Under the pieces are notes generated by a model, which was given only the letters and a program-made list of their open reading frames with translations, did no database searches and had not been told where the DNA came from. A stretch of 63,978 nt of DNA, the filler included. It is 8 parts of 8 records of this genome, joined end to end, with 100 filler letters (N's around TTAATTAATTAA, not from the genome) between each part and the next. Parts side by side here need not be neighbours in the genome. Positions count along the whole stretch, not along the records: positions 30,124 to 36,848 come from SRR31147125_15775; positions 36,949 to 42,091 come from SRR31147125_15789; positions 42,192 to 50,540 come from SRR31147125_15812; 5 more parts are not named here. The stretch is one strand, 5' to 3'. Both the position numbers and the translations under genes were made by a program. Positions 31,062 to 42,192 of the stretch are shown here, one piece after another. The number at the start of each line of letters is the position of its first letter. The stretch's first letter is position 1.

Positions 31062-34046
31062 TCAATGTTGGAACAGGCGTGCTAAATCCTGGATGGTAAT
31101 CGATTCTAGACTATCTGCATACAGATCACAACTGTCAGCCGCTGCAGCATCCCCAATACCCACCGATTTCATTCCGGCGGCTTTTATGCCGTCAATGCCT
31201 GCTTGAGCATCCTCTATTCCAATGCACTCATCGGGAAGCAGTCGCATACCCTCCGCTGCCTCAATGAAGATATCCGGATGCGGTTTGCCGAATGCTATAT
31301 CGGCTGCCGGCACAACATAGCTGAATTCGTTCCCTAGGCCCAATTTGTCCAATATATAGGCGGCATTTCGGGACGCGGAAGCAAGCGCCATCGGTATTCC
31401 CGCAGCTTTCAGTTCCTGCAGCAGGTTTTCTGCACCAGGCAGCAAATCATCCGAAGATAATTGTTCAAGCAGCCTCCGGTAATAGCCATTTTTCTTACTT
31501 GTCAGAGCATCAATTTCATACTCAGTCAGTACGATATCATTTGCATCGGTGATGATCTTCAGCGATTCCCTGCGCGAGACACCCCGCAGTTGCTCGTTCA
31601 ACTTCCGAGAGAATGCCCATCCCTGTTCATCAGCCATTTGTTTCCATGCCAGGTAATGATACATATCGGTTGAGGTGATAACGCCATCCAAATCGAATAC
31701 CACACCCTTGAACTCGGCAAAAGTTCTCAGCCTGAGCGGTTCATCACCAATCTTGTATTTAATCCCGCGATGTGAAATTGTCAGAGAGTTGATATCCGAG
31801 GACATCGGTTCAAGTCGGTACTCGGTCCAATCATGTGCAATATTCACTCTCAGGATTCCCTGCGCCGTATTCAGGGAAAAAGCCAGCTTATTCCACTCCT
31901 CCGGCAGGTTGCGCGGGTAGATGCAAGGTATGCCGCCGCAGTACCGCAGCCCGGCAAACCCATACACAGTGAGCATCCACGAACCGGCCATTGATGCCGT
32001 ATGCAGACCGTCCCGGGTATTGCCCTGCACATTCTTCAGGTCAACAAATGTGGTGGAATGGGCGTATGCATTGCCTGTTTCCCCGTCTCCAAGCTCTAGA
32101 GCAATAATTCCCTGAATACAGGCGGATAGTGAACTGTCACCGGTAGTATATGTTTCATAAAATTCGAAATTTCTTCTTTTCTGAGCCGGGGTGAACTGAT
32201 CATGCAGAAGCAGCATTGCCAGAACCATATCGGCCTGCTTAATCACACGATGGCGGTAAATCACCAGCGGGTGATAATGCAGCAGCAGAGGAAATTTTCC
32301 AGCCGGTATCTCGTCCAGATTCCATGGTTCTCGAGTGAGAAAGGCTTCATCCTGTAGATGAACGCCAAGTTCCGGGTCATACGGAAGGAACATCATATCT
32401 GCCGCTCTCTTCCAGTCATCAACCTCATCTTTACTCAGGTGTATAGTTTCCTGAAGCCAAGCAAGAAAAATTTCAGACTCCGATACAAGTTTTTCATACC
32501 ATTCAGCCGCTTTACGCAGGTGATAGGCTGCCATGGCATTTGTGTAAAAGTTGTTATTGACCAGAGCTGAATACTCATCCGGTCCGGTTACCTCATGAAT
32601 GCAGAACGAACCATTCCTGGATGGATTAAAAAAACCGAGGCTGAGCCATAACCGTGCTGTCTCAAACAGCATCTCGGCTCCGCCTTCCAGCATAAGGGAG
32701 GTATCCCCGGTAATTTCAACGTACCTGATCAAGCTGTAGATAATATCAGCATTAATATGATACTGCGCAGTACCGGCTGGAAAATAGGCCGATAGTTCTT
32801 CTCCGTTTATTGTCCGCCAGGGATAGAGAGCTCCTTTTTCAGACAGCAGCGCTGCCTGCCCGCGGGCCTTATCAAGATTGGATATTCGATACTGCAACAG
32901 ACTGCGCGCGATCGCTGGACAGGTGGCGGAAAAGAATGGCATGGCATATATTTCAGTATCCCAGAAATAGTGCCCCTCATATCCGCTTCCCGTCAGTCCT
33001 TTGGCACTGAGACTACTGCTGCCGTTTTTCCCTACTGACTGGTAGAGCTGAAACAGGTTAAAGCGCAGGGCACGCTGAAAATCACTGTCCCCTGTAATCT
33101 CAATATCCCCCACTTCCCAAAAATCGGATATTTCCTCCTGCTGCACCTTCATAAGACCACTGCAGCCTAAGGCTATACCCGCAGTGATATCATCCTGGAA
33201 ATTATTCTTTAGTTTCGTCTCCTCCTCAGTGGCGGCAAATCTGTAGAAATAGAGCTTTTCTATTTCCAGCACACCTGAGGCATCGGCATCGATAATGCAC
33301 ACCAGGCTTTCCCTGCTGTCTGGGCTGGATGTACTCTCCGGATTTTCCTGGTGCAGCCTGCCGCCTGAGATAGTCCTGATAATGTTGCCGCACATCAGGG
33401 ACAGACCACTGCGTCCTGTTCTGTACAGGTTCTGGGTTACTTCAAATTCCTTAATACTGGTCCCCGTAGTGTAAACGAAAGAGAGGGCTGCCGCATCCTG
33501 GAGCTCCCCAACGCGGGGGTCATCCTCTTTTACCGACCGGGTGTCTGGAGGAGCAATTCCAGAAACAACGTACAGCTCCGATGGGCCGGTATGCTCGATC
33601 CGCAGGCGGGTACATCCTGTATGGGCAAACCTGTAGGAGACGAGATGCTCCCATTCCGCCCTGACGATATCCCCATCCTCATTTGCCCAGCACATCGTCC
33701 GGGAAAGAATTCCCCGTTTCATATCAAGAATCCGCATATAGGTTTCTACCCTGCCTGATTCTGGGGAAACCAGGGTGTCTCCGCAATATATTGCCATATA
33801 GCGGGCATCGGGCACATCGATCATCACCTGATTCTCCTCAGGAAAACCGTAGGCCTTTTCCCCGTAACATATGGGGTACGATTCATAAAAACCGTTGATG
33901 AACACCCCGGCATGATATGCAGGTTCGCGTTCCGTATAAAATCCCCGAAAACCAAAATACCCGTTCCCAATTGAGAACAGGCTTTCCTTCTCCTCTACTG
34001 AGCAGGTAGTGTATCTGTCCTGAACAAGACTCCAGCTGTTCTCCAT
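31062..34046 (-). CDS. GH65 disaccharide phosphorylase fused to C-terminal beta-phosphoglucomutase
   Basis: ESLFSIGNGYFGFRG, AKGLTGSGYEGHYFWDTE, GPDEY, KQAD; HAD domain FDLDGVI, ASAS, GKPHPDIF, IEDA. Confidence 0.93.
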   Translation of the reverse strand: MENSWSLVQDRYTTCSVEEKESLFSIGNGYFGFRGFYTEREPAYHAGVFINGFYESYPICYGEKAYGFPEENQVMIDVPDARYMAIYCGDTLVSPESGRVETYMRILDMKRGILSRTMCWANEDGDIVRAEWEHLVSYRFAHTGCTRLRIEHTGPSELYVVSGIAPPDTRSVKEDDPRVGELQDAAALSFVYTTGTSIKEFEVTQNLYRTGRSGLSLMCGNIIRTISGGRLHQENPESTSSPDSRESLVCIIDADASGVLEIEKLYFYRFAATEEETKLKNNFQDDITAGIALGCSGLMKVQQEEISDFWEVGDIEITGDSDFQRALRFNLFQLYQSVGKNGSSSLSAKGLTGSGYEGHYFWDTEIYAMPFFSATCPAIARSLLQYRISNLDKARGQAALLSEKGALYPWRTINGEELSAYFPAGTAQYHINADIIYSLIRYVEITGDTSLMLEGGAEMLFETARLWLSLGFFNPSRNGSFCIHEVTGPDEYSALVNNNFYTNAMAAYHLRKAAEWYEKLVSESEIFLAWLQETIHLSKDEVDDWKRAADMMFLPYDPELGVHLQDEAFLTREPWNLDEIPAGKFPLLLHYHPLVIYRHRVIKQADMVLAMLLLHDQFTPAQKRRNFEFYETYTTGDSSLSACIQGIIALELGDGETGNAYAHSTTFVDLKNVQGNTRDGLHTASMAGSWMLTVYGFAGLRYCGGIPCIYPRNLPEEWNKLAFSLNTAQGILRVNIAHDWTEYRLEPMSSDINSLTISHRGIKYKIGDEPLRLRTFAEFKGVVFDLDGVITSTDMYHYLAWKQMADEQGWAFSRKLNEQLRGVSRRESLKIITDANDIVLTEYEIDALTSKKNGYYRRLLEQLSSDDLLPGAENLLQELKAAGIPMALASASRNAAYILDKLGLGNEFSYVVPAADIAFGKPHPDIFIEAAEGMRLLPDECIGIEDAQAGIDGIKAAGMKSVGIGDAAAADSCDLYADSLESITIQDLARLFQH

Positions 34047-34169
34047 TCTTTTATCCTTTATCAAGAGAATCGAAGATTGAGAATATGCTGGTGCGTACTC
34101 AATCTTCGATACTCTCACTGTGCTTTCATACTTCCGGGATTCTTCCGCATCATACTACACTGCGGCAAG

Positions 34170-36109
34170 TTACGGCTGTGTCTGTTTCGGTTTCAGCCAC
34201 AGAAGTTCCCAAGGACCAAGTGTAATATCCCCTGTGAACTCCCTGCTGGTGAGGATGTCAGTAAATATCCTGCGCCCTTCTGATACATACAGGAATCCTT
34301 CGGGAAGCACTTCACTGGAATCAGAAAAATTAGCCAGCACAAGGATATCATACTCAGGACCGGCCCGGGAAAACCCGAGGATATGCCGGTGCCCATTATC
34401 CACTATACGGCATTGCCCCACACTGAAGGCAGGCTCATGTCGCCGTGCATTGAGAATGTCATGAATCCGGGCATACACCATTGAGGAAACCAGTTCCGGG
34501 TTATCCGTATTCTCAGCGGCATTCCAGTCAAAGGGGCTGCGGTGAATCCACCGGCTGTCTGTTGCCTTTGCGGGGTCTTCCAGGAAACCGTAATCATTCA
34601 ACTGGGCCAGTTCATCCCCAAGATAGAGCAGAGGCATTCCCCCTGCAGCTGCGGCAATTCCATGCAGCATGTAAATCCGGTTCAGGGCATTGCGTCTGAG
34701 AACCGTTTTCTCCTCATCACTGCGTGCCGATGCTGCATCCGCCTCTTCTAGCCCAGCCAGCGACGCGCAGCTTCCGGATATCCGGCAATCTCCGGTTTGG
34801 GTATTCTCCTGAAACGGAAGCCCCCGTGAAAAGGAACCGGGGAATCTACCGGTATAGAAGTCGTTGAGAAACCGCCTATGACCTGCTGGATCAATACCAT
34901 GGTTCCAGGCATCCTGGTCATCAAAGGTCCATCCAATATCATCATGGCAGCGTACATAGTTAACCCACGCACAGCCCTCAGGCAGGGTGGACCTGTGTCT
35001 GAGTGAGGACCGCAGCAGGTCGGGGTTGCGGGTGGCCACCGCCTCCCAGGAGACAGCCATTAGCAGTGGGTTGTAGGAAAGGGCGCATTCTTCAGGCGCA
35101 ATGTACTGCTTCACCTCATCCGGGTGTACAATTGCTTCCGATTTATAGGTAAGTACAGGCGCTGCCAGACTTGCTGCCGCCTTAAGTGCCCGTATGAGGG
35201 TATGCACCTTCGGCAGGCTTTCACAGCGAGTACCTTTCTCCTTCCACATGAATGCCACGGCATCGAACCGGAGCACGTCGGCGCCCAGGTTGGCAAGATA
35301 GAGCATTTCGCGCATGATCGCCCTGAACACCTCATGGTTGCCGTAGTTCAGATCCCACTGGTAGGAATTGAAGGTAGTCCAGACCCATGCCCCCAGATCT
35401 TCTTTCCAGGTAAAGGATCCCTTGCGTACTTCGGGGAATATATCCCTTACATAGCGGTTATAGGAATCCATCTCTTCACGATCATTGAAAATGAAATAAA
35501 AGTTGCGGAAACCGGAATCTCCGGCGGCCGCCTTAATCGCCCACGGATGCTGGTCTGAAGTGTGGTTGAGCACGAAATCAAGCGACAGCCTGATCCCTGC
35601 TTTTTGCAGCTCATCGGCTAATTCCCGGAAGTCTTCCACATCCCCGAGATGGGGTTGGAAACTGCGGTAGTCGGCAACGGCATATCCACCGTCACTCTGC
35701 CCAGGGACAGTCCTGAATACCGGCATCAGATGCAGGTAGGTTATTCCCAGTTTCTTCAGATACCCGATTTTTCCGCGAAGTCCTGGAAAGATCCGGCAAA
35801 GAGGTCTACATAGCAGACCGCCCCCACTGCCTCATTGGATAGGAACCAGGGATCGGCATCTTCCTGGTAGGAATCCCGCAGCACAAGCCCCTCAGGCCTG
35901 CGGCAGAAGGATTCCCATATATCGGTTACCAGGGACCCGACAAAGTCATTCAGGTCATACTGCTCCCCATACAACTCACACAGAAGTTCATACAGGACCG
36001 GAAAAACTGTTTCCAGCCTATTTGAGAACAGTTCCCAGCGTGCTTGCCCGTTATTCTTTTCTGCCAGAGATCTGACTATCCTCTCCTTCACCAAAACCGA
36101 TTCATTCAT
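34170..36109 (-). CDS. Amylosucrase / sucrose hydrolase (GH13_4), one apparent indel near 35770
   Basis: CYVDLFAG; one added A gives EKIGYLKKLGITYLHLMP; SDGGYAV, LNHTS, RFDAVAF, KSEAIVHP, RCHDDIGW. Confidence 0.9.
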
Positions 36110-36144
36110 ATGTGCAACCTTCCCGGAGTGTAGTAAAACGGCTA

Positions 36145-36848
36145 TTACCCTTTGACCGATCCCGCAAGAAGCCCGCGTACGAAGAATCGCTGCAGCCCAA
36201 AGAAAACGAGTAATGGAACTACAAGGGAGATAAAGGATCCGGCAGCCACATCCCGCCAGCCCTGTCCGTACTGACCGAGCAGCTTCAGGAGCCGGTAGGT
36301 CATTACCGCCTTCTGTTCTCCGACAAATACAAAAGCTATCAGATAGTCATTCCAAACCCACAGGAACTGAAAGATTGCAAATGAAGCAAGGGAAGGTACC
36401 GACATCGGCAGTACTATGCGCCAGAAGAATGTAAAGTTGCTCGCACCATCCACTTTGGCAGCTTCATAGAGTGATTTAGGCAATGTCATCATATAATTCC
36501 GCAGGATGTAAATCGCAAGCGGCATCGCAAACGCACTGTGCACCATCCATGCACTGGCATAGGTTCCGGTAAGTTGTATACCCCAGTTGCGCTTAATCCA
36601 AACCATACCTCTCAGCACAGGAATAAGGGCTGACTGCAGGGGGATAACCATCAGTGCAACCAGAATCGCAAAGAAAATCTCTTTCCCTTTGAAATTCAGG
36701 AACGTAAAAGAGAAAGCAGCATTGGCGGCAATCATCAGAGGAAGGACGACGGAGGGAATCGTAACTGCCATAGTATTTATCAAGGATTCCCACATTCCGG
36801 TCTGCAGCGATGTCTGATAGGCATCGATTGTCCAGACTGTCTCGAGGG
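36145..36848 (-). CDS. Carbohydrate ABC transporter permease (MalG/AglG-like, 5' truncated)
   Basis: EAAKVDGA loop, FQFLWVWNDYL, QRFFVRGLLAGSVKG. Confidence 0.92.
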
Positions 36849-36948
36849 NNNNNNNNNNNNNNNNNNNNNNNNNNNNNNNNNNNNNNNNNNNNTTAATTAA
36901 TTAANNNNNNNNNNNNNNNNNNNNNNNNNNNNNNNNNNNNNNNNNNNN
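36849..36948. other. Artificial contig linker
   Basis: N44-TTAATTAATTAA-N44. Confidence 0.98.
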
Positions 36949-36967
36949 TAGGGGAAGGTGTTGTACT

Positions 36968-38398
36968 ATGAAAAAATTTTTACTACTATTAGTTATTCTT
37001 GCTCTTTATTCATGTAAGGGGACAACTGAGAAACAGCCGATTGAAAATATTCAAGAAAAAGAGGTTGTTGAAGATCCTTATTCAAAAACGCAGATTGGAA
37101 TAGTTGATTTAGGTATAAAAGAGGTAAAAAAAGGGAAAAAAGCAGATTGGTATAAAAATTTCCCAGATTTTAGAGAAAATTATAAACAAATTAAAATGAA
37201 TTCAGATATTTTTATTGGGATAGGAGGAATTTATCTATCTCAAGAAGAAGCTATGGAATCGGCAAGATATAATGGGGAAATAAATGTAAAAAATAGTTTA
37301 GCTATTTCAAGTACTACGAAGGAAAATTTTGGAAATATTATCGACTCAGTATTAGAAGTTCATAACGTTGAGTATAATGGGGAATTAACTGTAGCTTACA
37401 AATATAATCTATTGCTTGAAGTTAATAAAGTTAGTGCATTTCAGGTTATAGATGAAGAGAATAGACAGATAGAGGAAGCTCGTTTAGAGGTAGAGAAAAA
37501 GTTATCACAAGCAAAAGAATATGAGCTAGAGGGAGATTTATCCCTAAAAGGAAGAGCATACTCAAAAGCAATAATAAATTATAGAAATGCAAAGGCAATT
37601 TATGAGGAAACAGATAGTATAGAACAAGCAGATAAAATAACAGAAAAGATTTTCTTAGTACGAGAGCAGCAGCAAAAAGAAAAAATGAACTTTGAAGTAG
37701 AAAGAAAAAGACGACTAAGAGAGATTAATGAGTTAGAAGTAAAGAAAAACTTAAATGAATTTGAACTTGCTCAACTGAAACAATTATATCTAGATATTAG
37801 GCAGATTAAAAAAGCAGAAGAAACAGAAGCTAGATTACAAGACCTTTTAACTAAAAAAGACATGTTAGATAAACAATCTAGAATGAGGCAGTATATCAAA
37901 GGAATAACAGGAGATGCATATTTAGAGTCAAACTACACATCTTATTATAATAACTTTAGAAAGTATTTTCCAACATCTGATTTAGACGCACTATTGTTAA
38001 AGAAAGATATTTTAGATGAAATTTCAGAGGATTCTTTAGTAATCCTATTTGACAGAAATTATTTTAAAAATAAATATTTGAATCTATTTACTAATGTTTT
38101 AGCTTATAAATACGGTAAAATTGTGAAGCTTGAAGTTAAAGAAGACGATTTTAACATGAATCTTATATATAAATATAAAGCATGGAATCTAATCTCTGTG
38201 AATACTATTAATTTAGTAGCTGAACAGGGGCGATATGGTTATAGGGGAGTATTTTCAGCAAGCTATAACTATGCTGACTTCAAAAATGGTTTATCTAATT
38301 TAGTAACTGTTCCAGCAACTAGAAGTAGACACACTGATCATGAAACACCTGAACAAGCACTTACTCAGGTAATTGACAATGAATTAACTAGAAGGTGA
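36968..38398 (+). CDS. Hypothetical lipoprotein with coiled-coil/TPR-like central region
   Basis: Lipobox LYSC after MKK + hydrophobic stretch; E/K/R-rich helical core. Confidence 0.7.
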   Translation: MKKFLLLLVILALYSCKGTTEKQPIENIQEKEVVEDPYSKTQIGIVDLGIKEVKKGKKADWYKNFPDFRENYKQIKMNSDIFIGIGGIYLSQEEAMESARYNGEINVKNSLAISSTTKENFGNIIDSVLEVHNVEYNGELTVAYKYNLLLEVNKVSAFQVIDEENRQIEEARLEVEKKLSQAKEYELEGDLSLKGRAYSKAIINYRNAKAIYEETDSIEQADKITEKIFLVREQQQKEKMNFEVERKRRLREINELEVKKNLNEFELAQLKQLYLDIRQIKKAEETEARLQDLLTKKDMLDKQSRMRQYIKGITGDAYLESNYTSYYNNFRKYFPTSDLDALLLKKDILDEISEDSLVILFDRNYFKNKYLNLFTNVLAYKYGKIVKLEVKEDDFNMNLIYKYKAWNLISVNTINLVAEQGRYGYRGVFSASYNYADFKNGLSNLVTVPATRSRHTDHETPEQALTQVIDNELTRR

Positions 38399-38402
38399 TT
38401 TT

Positions 38403-39089
38403 ATGAAAAAAATATTTACTATATTGTTTCTAATAACTTCTGTGATTAGTTTTGGATTTCAGATTAGAAGTAATGAAATCAATCAGAGCCTTGAAGATAC
38501 AGCGGAGAAAATAGGTGAACTTTTAATTGTAAAGTTTAAGTTTGAGCATTTTGAGAAAAATTCTTTGGATATTGGTTTTCATGGCCTTGAATCAGATAGT
38601 TCAAATGAAGAAATAAACGAAGTAGTGATAAATCATTTAAAAGAGTATCTTACTTTAAATGGAAAAGACCTTGATTTGAACATTATTAATGAGAACTATG
38701 ATGAAATCACTATGGCTCTTGCAAATGAAAGAGATGAAAAATATGAAGATGTAAGAGTGTTTGGAGATTTAAAGAAAACAAAATATCTGATTACTGTTAA
38801 GACAAATGACTTTTCTTATAAGAACAACTTTTACCTAAAAGAGGTAGTTAAATTTGCTTTAACAGTTGAATTAACAAATGTTGCCACTGGGGAAGTTATG
38901 ATGTCAAAAACTGAAAAAGTTGATTTTTCTCATAAGCAGAAACCACTTTATATTATTCTAGCATCAATAATTCTATTTTTAATAGGTTTGGGAATGTCAT
39001 TTGCCTCGCATAGATACTATACTTTAAAAATAATGTTTTATGATATTATTTTGATTACAGCTATAAACGTATATTACTATATAATTTAG
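38403..39089 (+). CDS. Hypothetical exported protein with two C-terminal TM helices
   Basis: Signal peptide, AGGTG RBS, hydrophobic C-terminus. Confidence 0.65.
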   Translation: MKKIFTILFLITSVISFGFQIRSNEINQSLEDTAEKIGELLIVKFKFEHFEKNSLDIGFHGLESDSSNEEINEVVINHLKEYLTLNGKDLDLNIINENYDEITMALANERDEKYEDVRVFGDLKKTKYLITVKTNDFSYKNNFYLKEVVKFALTVELTNVATGEVMMSKTEKVDFSHKQKPLYIILASIILFLIGLGMSFASHRYYTLKIMFYDIILITAINVYYYII

Positions 39090-39128
39090 CAATACCTACA
39101 AAGGCATACTTTATCATTGAATAAATAA

Positions 39129-39155
39129 AACCACCTCAATTTTAAAGAGGTGGTT
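39129..39155. terminator. Terminator-like hairpin
   Basis: AACCACCTC/GAGGTGGTT inverted repeat in the intergenic space. Confidence 0.55.
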
Positions 39156-39190
39156 GCTATATTTATTAGAAAAATATTTTGGAGGAAATA

Positions 39191-40303
39191 ATGAAGCTTT
39201 ATACTAAACTAAGATTACACATATTTATAATTATATTTTTACTATCAAGCATAATAACTTTATCAAATGAAACTAGTTATATAAAAGCGAAAGTACTAGA
39301 AGAAATAACTCGAATGGAGATAAATGATGTTGAAAGTGGCTTAATGTATCAGGTAGAATATAGTGCAATTGCTAAAAATGGAGTAAATAAGGGAAAAACG
39401 GTATATATTCAAAATCTAATATATAAGGATGAAATATATAATACTCTAATAAAGCCAGGAGACAATATCATATTATATGAAGATAATACAAATGGTGAAA
39501 CTGAGTATTATATATATAGTCAGAATAGATTACCTGAATTATTATCTTTACTCTTTATATTTCTAATAATAATTGTGTTAATATCCAGAACAAACGGGAT
39601 TAAGGCTGTGATGGCTTTATCGTTAACAGTTTTTCTTATATTTAAAGGTCTTGTGCCCCTTATTTTGGCAGAATATTCACCAATACTTCTATCGATAGTT
39701 TTTTGTATAATATCTACGATAATAACGATTATATTTATAAATAAAGTTTGGGATAAAATAATTATAGCTATACTAGGAACGTCTGGTGGAGTAATCACTG
39801 CTGGAATTTTATCATATATATATATTCATTTAACTGGAGTTACAGGCTATATAAATATGGATGTTGTAAATTTTTCACACATGCTCGGGAATATTAATTT
39901 GAAAGAGCTTGTTGCAGCAGGAATAATTATTGGTAGTTTAGGTGCGGTAATGGATGTGTCAGTATCTATAACGGCATCACTATATGAGTTAAAACAACTG
40001 GATCCAAATATAAAAATGGGAACATTAATTAAATCTGGTTTCAATATTGGAAAAGACATCATAGGCACAATGATAAATACATTAATATTTGCATATTTAG
40101 GAAGTTCATTATTTACTATTTTACTATTTTTAATTCAGAAAGATGATTTTCCAATTATTAGAGTATTTAATACTGAATTCATTATTGTAGAGATATTGAG
40201 AGCACTGTGCGGAAGTTTTGGAATAATAGTAACTGTTCCAATAACTACTGTTTTAGGCGGATATATACTAAGCAAAAAGAGGAAAGAAGAAGTCACAGAA
40301 TAA
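39191..40303 (+). CDS. YibE/F family membrane protein
   Basis: GIIIGSLGAVMDVSVSI, GKDIIGTMINTLIFAYLG, EILRALCGSFG. Confidence 0.92.
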   Translation: MKLYTKLRLHIFIIIFLLSSIITLSNETSYIKAKVLEEITRMEINDVESGLMYQVEYSAIAKNGVNKGKTVYIQNLIYKDEIYNTLIKPGDNIILYEDNTNGETEYYIYSQNRLPELLSLLFIFLIIIVLISRTNGIKAVMALSLTVFLIFKGLVPLILAEYSPILLSIVFCIISTIITIIFINKVWDKIIIAILGTSGGVITAGILSYIYIHLTGVTGYINMDVVNFSHMLGNINLKELVAAGIIIGSLGAVMDVSVSITASLYELKQLDPNIKMGTLIKSGFNIGKDIIGTMINTLIFAYLGSSLFTILLFLIQKDDFPIIRVFNTEFIIVEILRALCGSFGIIVTVPITTVLGGYILSKKRKEEVTE

Positions 40304-40332
40304 ATATATCACTCAAAGAAATGAGGGGATTT

Positions 40333-41823
40333 ATGAATAACTTAACTGACACCACAATAATGACCTTAAAGAGTATAAGTATAGCAACGTTTCTGCTTAT
40401 ATCGTCGATTTTTTTAATTAAAAAATTTATAGTTAATCATTCTAAAATGATGAACTATATTTATATTACATATTTTTTTGTTATTCTTAGAATAATTCTA
40501 GTTGATTTTGAAATAATAGAATCCAAGCAGGTACTTGGCTATTTATATATTTTATTGAGTTTGCCACTTATCAAAATACTTGATATATTAATTAATGACG
40601 CAAATTATAAAACTAAATTTCTTAAAAATTTAGGTGATTTTGAGTTTCCCAGATTAGTGAGAAGCTTAATAATAGTAACAACTTTTGTTGTAACCTTATT
40701 TGTAATATTAAAGGAGTATCATAACATAAATTTAGGGCCTCTTTTAACCACATCAGCGATTTTGTCGGCAGTTGTCGGTTTAGCACTTCAGGATGCATTA
40801 ACTAATTTCATCGCCGGAATAGTTTTAACAACTGAAAAATCCTTTCAAAGGGGTGATGTGATTGAGATAGAGAATATATTAGGAAGAGTTATTGATACTG
40901 ATTGGAGATCGACTAGATTGAATCAATATGGTGGTGGAGTAATAACTATCCCAAATAGTAATCTAATTAAACAAGAGATGATAAACTATCACAAGAAGGT
41001 GAAAGTAAGATTAGATATTAAAATTGGCGCATCATATAATGATTATCCAAATCACGTTGAAGAAACTTTACTAGAAATTGCGAGAACAAACAAAAAAATT
41101 CTAAAAGAACCTGAGCCAAGAGTAATAGTTATTGGTTATAATGATTTCTCTGTGGATTACGAGCTGAGAGCTTGGGTTAAAATAGATTATTATAATAAAG
41201 TTGCAATTGAGAGTGAACTATATAAAGCTATCTGGTATGCATTTAAAAGAGAAGGGATTAAAATACCATTTCCAATTAGAGAGTTATATGTTCCACCGAA
41301 AGTTGATCATGATGAAGTCTTAAAACAAAAAGAAGCGATGCTTAAAAAGGTTAACTTCCTAAAAGAGTTAGAGTTTGAGGAAATAAGAAATATAGCACAA
41401 AAAACGAAACTTGAAACATTTGGAAAAGGAGAATATATCTGTTTTGAGGGTGATGAAGGTGATTCATTCTATATAATAAAAACAGGGAAAGTAGATATAA
41501 TAATTAATGACAGAAAAGTTGCGACTCTTAAAGAAGGGGACGTTTTTGGTGAAATGTCACTATTAACTGGAAAGAAAAGAACTGCAACTATATATGCTCC
41601 TCAAGATATTGAAGTGTTTTCATTGAATAAAAAAAGTTTTACAGAAGTGATACAAGAAAATATGCAACTTCTAAATAAAATAACGGAATTTTTAATTCAG
41701 CGTGAAACAGAAAATGAACAACGTAAAAAAGAGAGCTCAACAAAAGGAGCTCGTAAAGTAAGAAACCAAGAAGAGAAGAAGAAGAATATTCTTAAGAAAC
41801 TGATTCAGTTCTTTGAAGTATAG
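40333..41823 (+). CDS. MscS-family channel with C-terminal cyclic nucleotide-binding domain
   Basis: GLALQDALTNFIAG, F.RGD.I, IPNS, IPFP; cNMP domain EGDEGDSFYII...FGEMSLLTGKKRTAT. Confidence 0.92.
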   Translation: MNNLTDTTIMTLKSISIATFLLISSIFLIKKFIVNHSKMMNYIYITYFFVILRIILVDFEIIESKQVLGYLYILLSLPLIKILDILINDANYKTKFLKNLGDFEFPRLVRSLIIVTTFVVTLFVILKEYHNINLGPLLTTSAILSAVVGLALQDALTNFIAGIVLTTEKSFQRGDVIEIENILGRVIDTDWRSTRLNQYGGGVITIPNSNLIKQEMINYHKKVKVRLDIKIGASYNDYPNHVEETLLEIARTNKKILKEPEPRVIVIGYNDFSVDYELRAWVKIDYYNKVAIESELYKAIWYAFKREGIKIPFPIRELYVPPKVDHDEVLKQKEAMLKKVNFLKELEFEEIRNIAQKTKLETFGKGEYICFEGDEGDSFYIIKTGKVDIIINDRKVATLKEGDVFGEMSLLTGKKRTATIYAPQDIEVFSLNKKSFTEVIQENMQLLNKITEFLIQRETENEQRKKESSTKGARKVRNQEEKKKNILKKLIQFFEV

Positions 41824-41846
41824 GTTTTTATTAGAGAGGAAAAAAA

Positions 41847-42091
41847 TTGAAGAGAATAATAAGTGAAAAATATTTAGTAAATAAAATACCAGTTATTACA
41901 TTTTTTGAGGAGAAAAAATTAGATTTACCTTTAGTATTTTTGAGCCATGGTTTTCAGTCAAAAAAAGAGATACACACTGATATGGCTTGGAATCTTGCGG
42001 AGAGAGGTTTTTTTGTTGTGATATTAGATGCTATGCATCATGGAGAAAGAGGAGATGAAGAGTTTTTCAGTTTAATTGAAGAAAATAAAAA
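41847..42091 (+). CDS. Alpha/beta-hydrolase esterase (3' truncated)
   Basis: VFLSHGF...LAERGFFVVILDAMHHGER. Confidence 0.75.
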
Positions 42092-42191
42092 NNNNNNNNN
42101 NNNNNNNNNNNNNNNNNNNNNNNNNNNNNNNNNNNTTAATTAATTAANNNNNNNNNNNNNNNNNNNNNNNNNNNNNNNNNNNNNNNNNNNN
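42092..42191. other. Artificial contig linker
   Basis: N44-TTAATTAATTAA-N44. Confidence 0.98.
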
Positions 42192-42192
42192 A

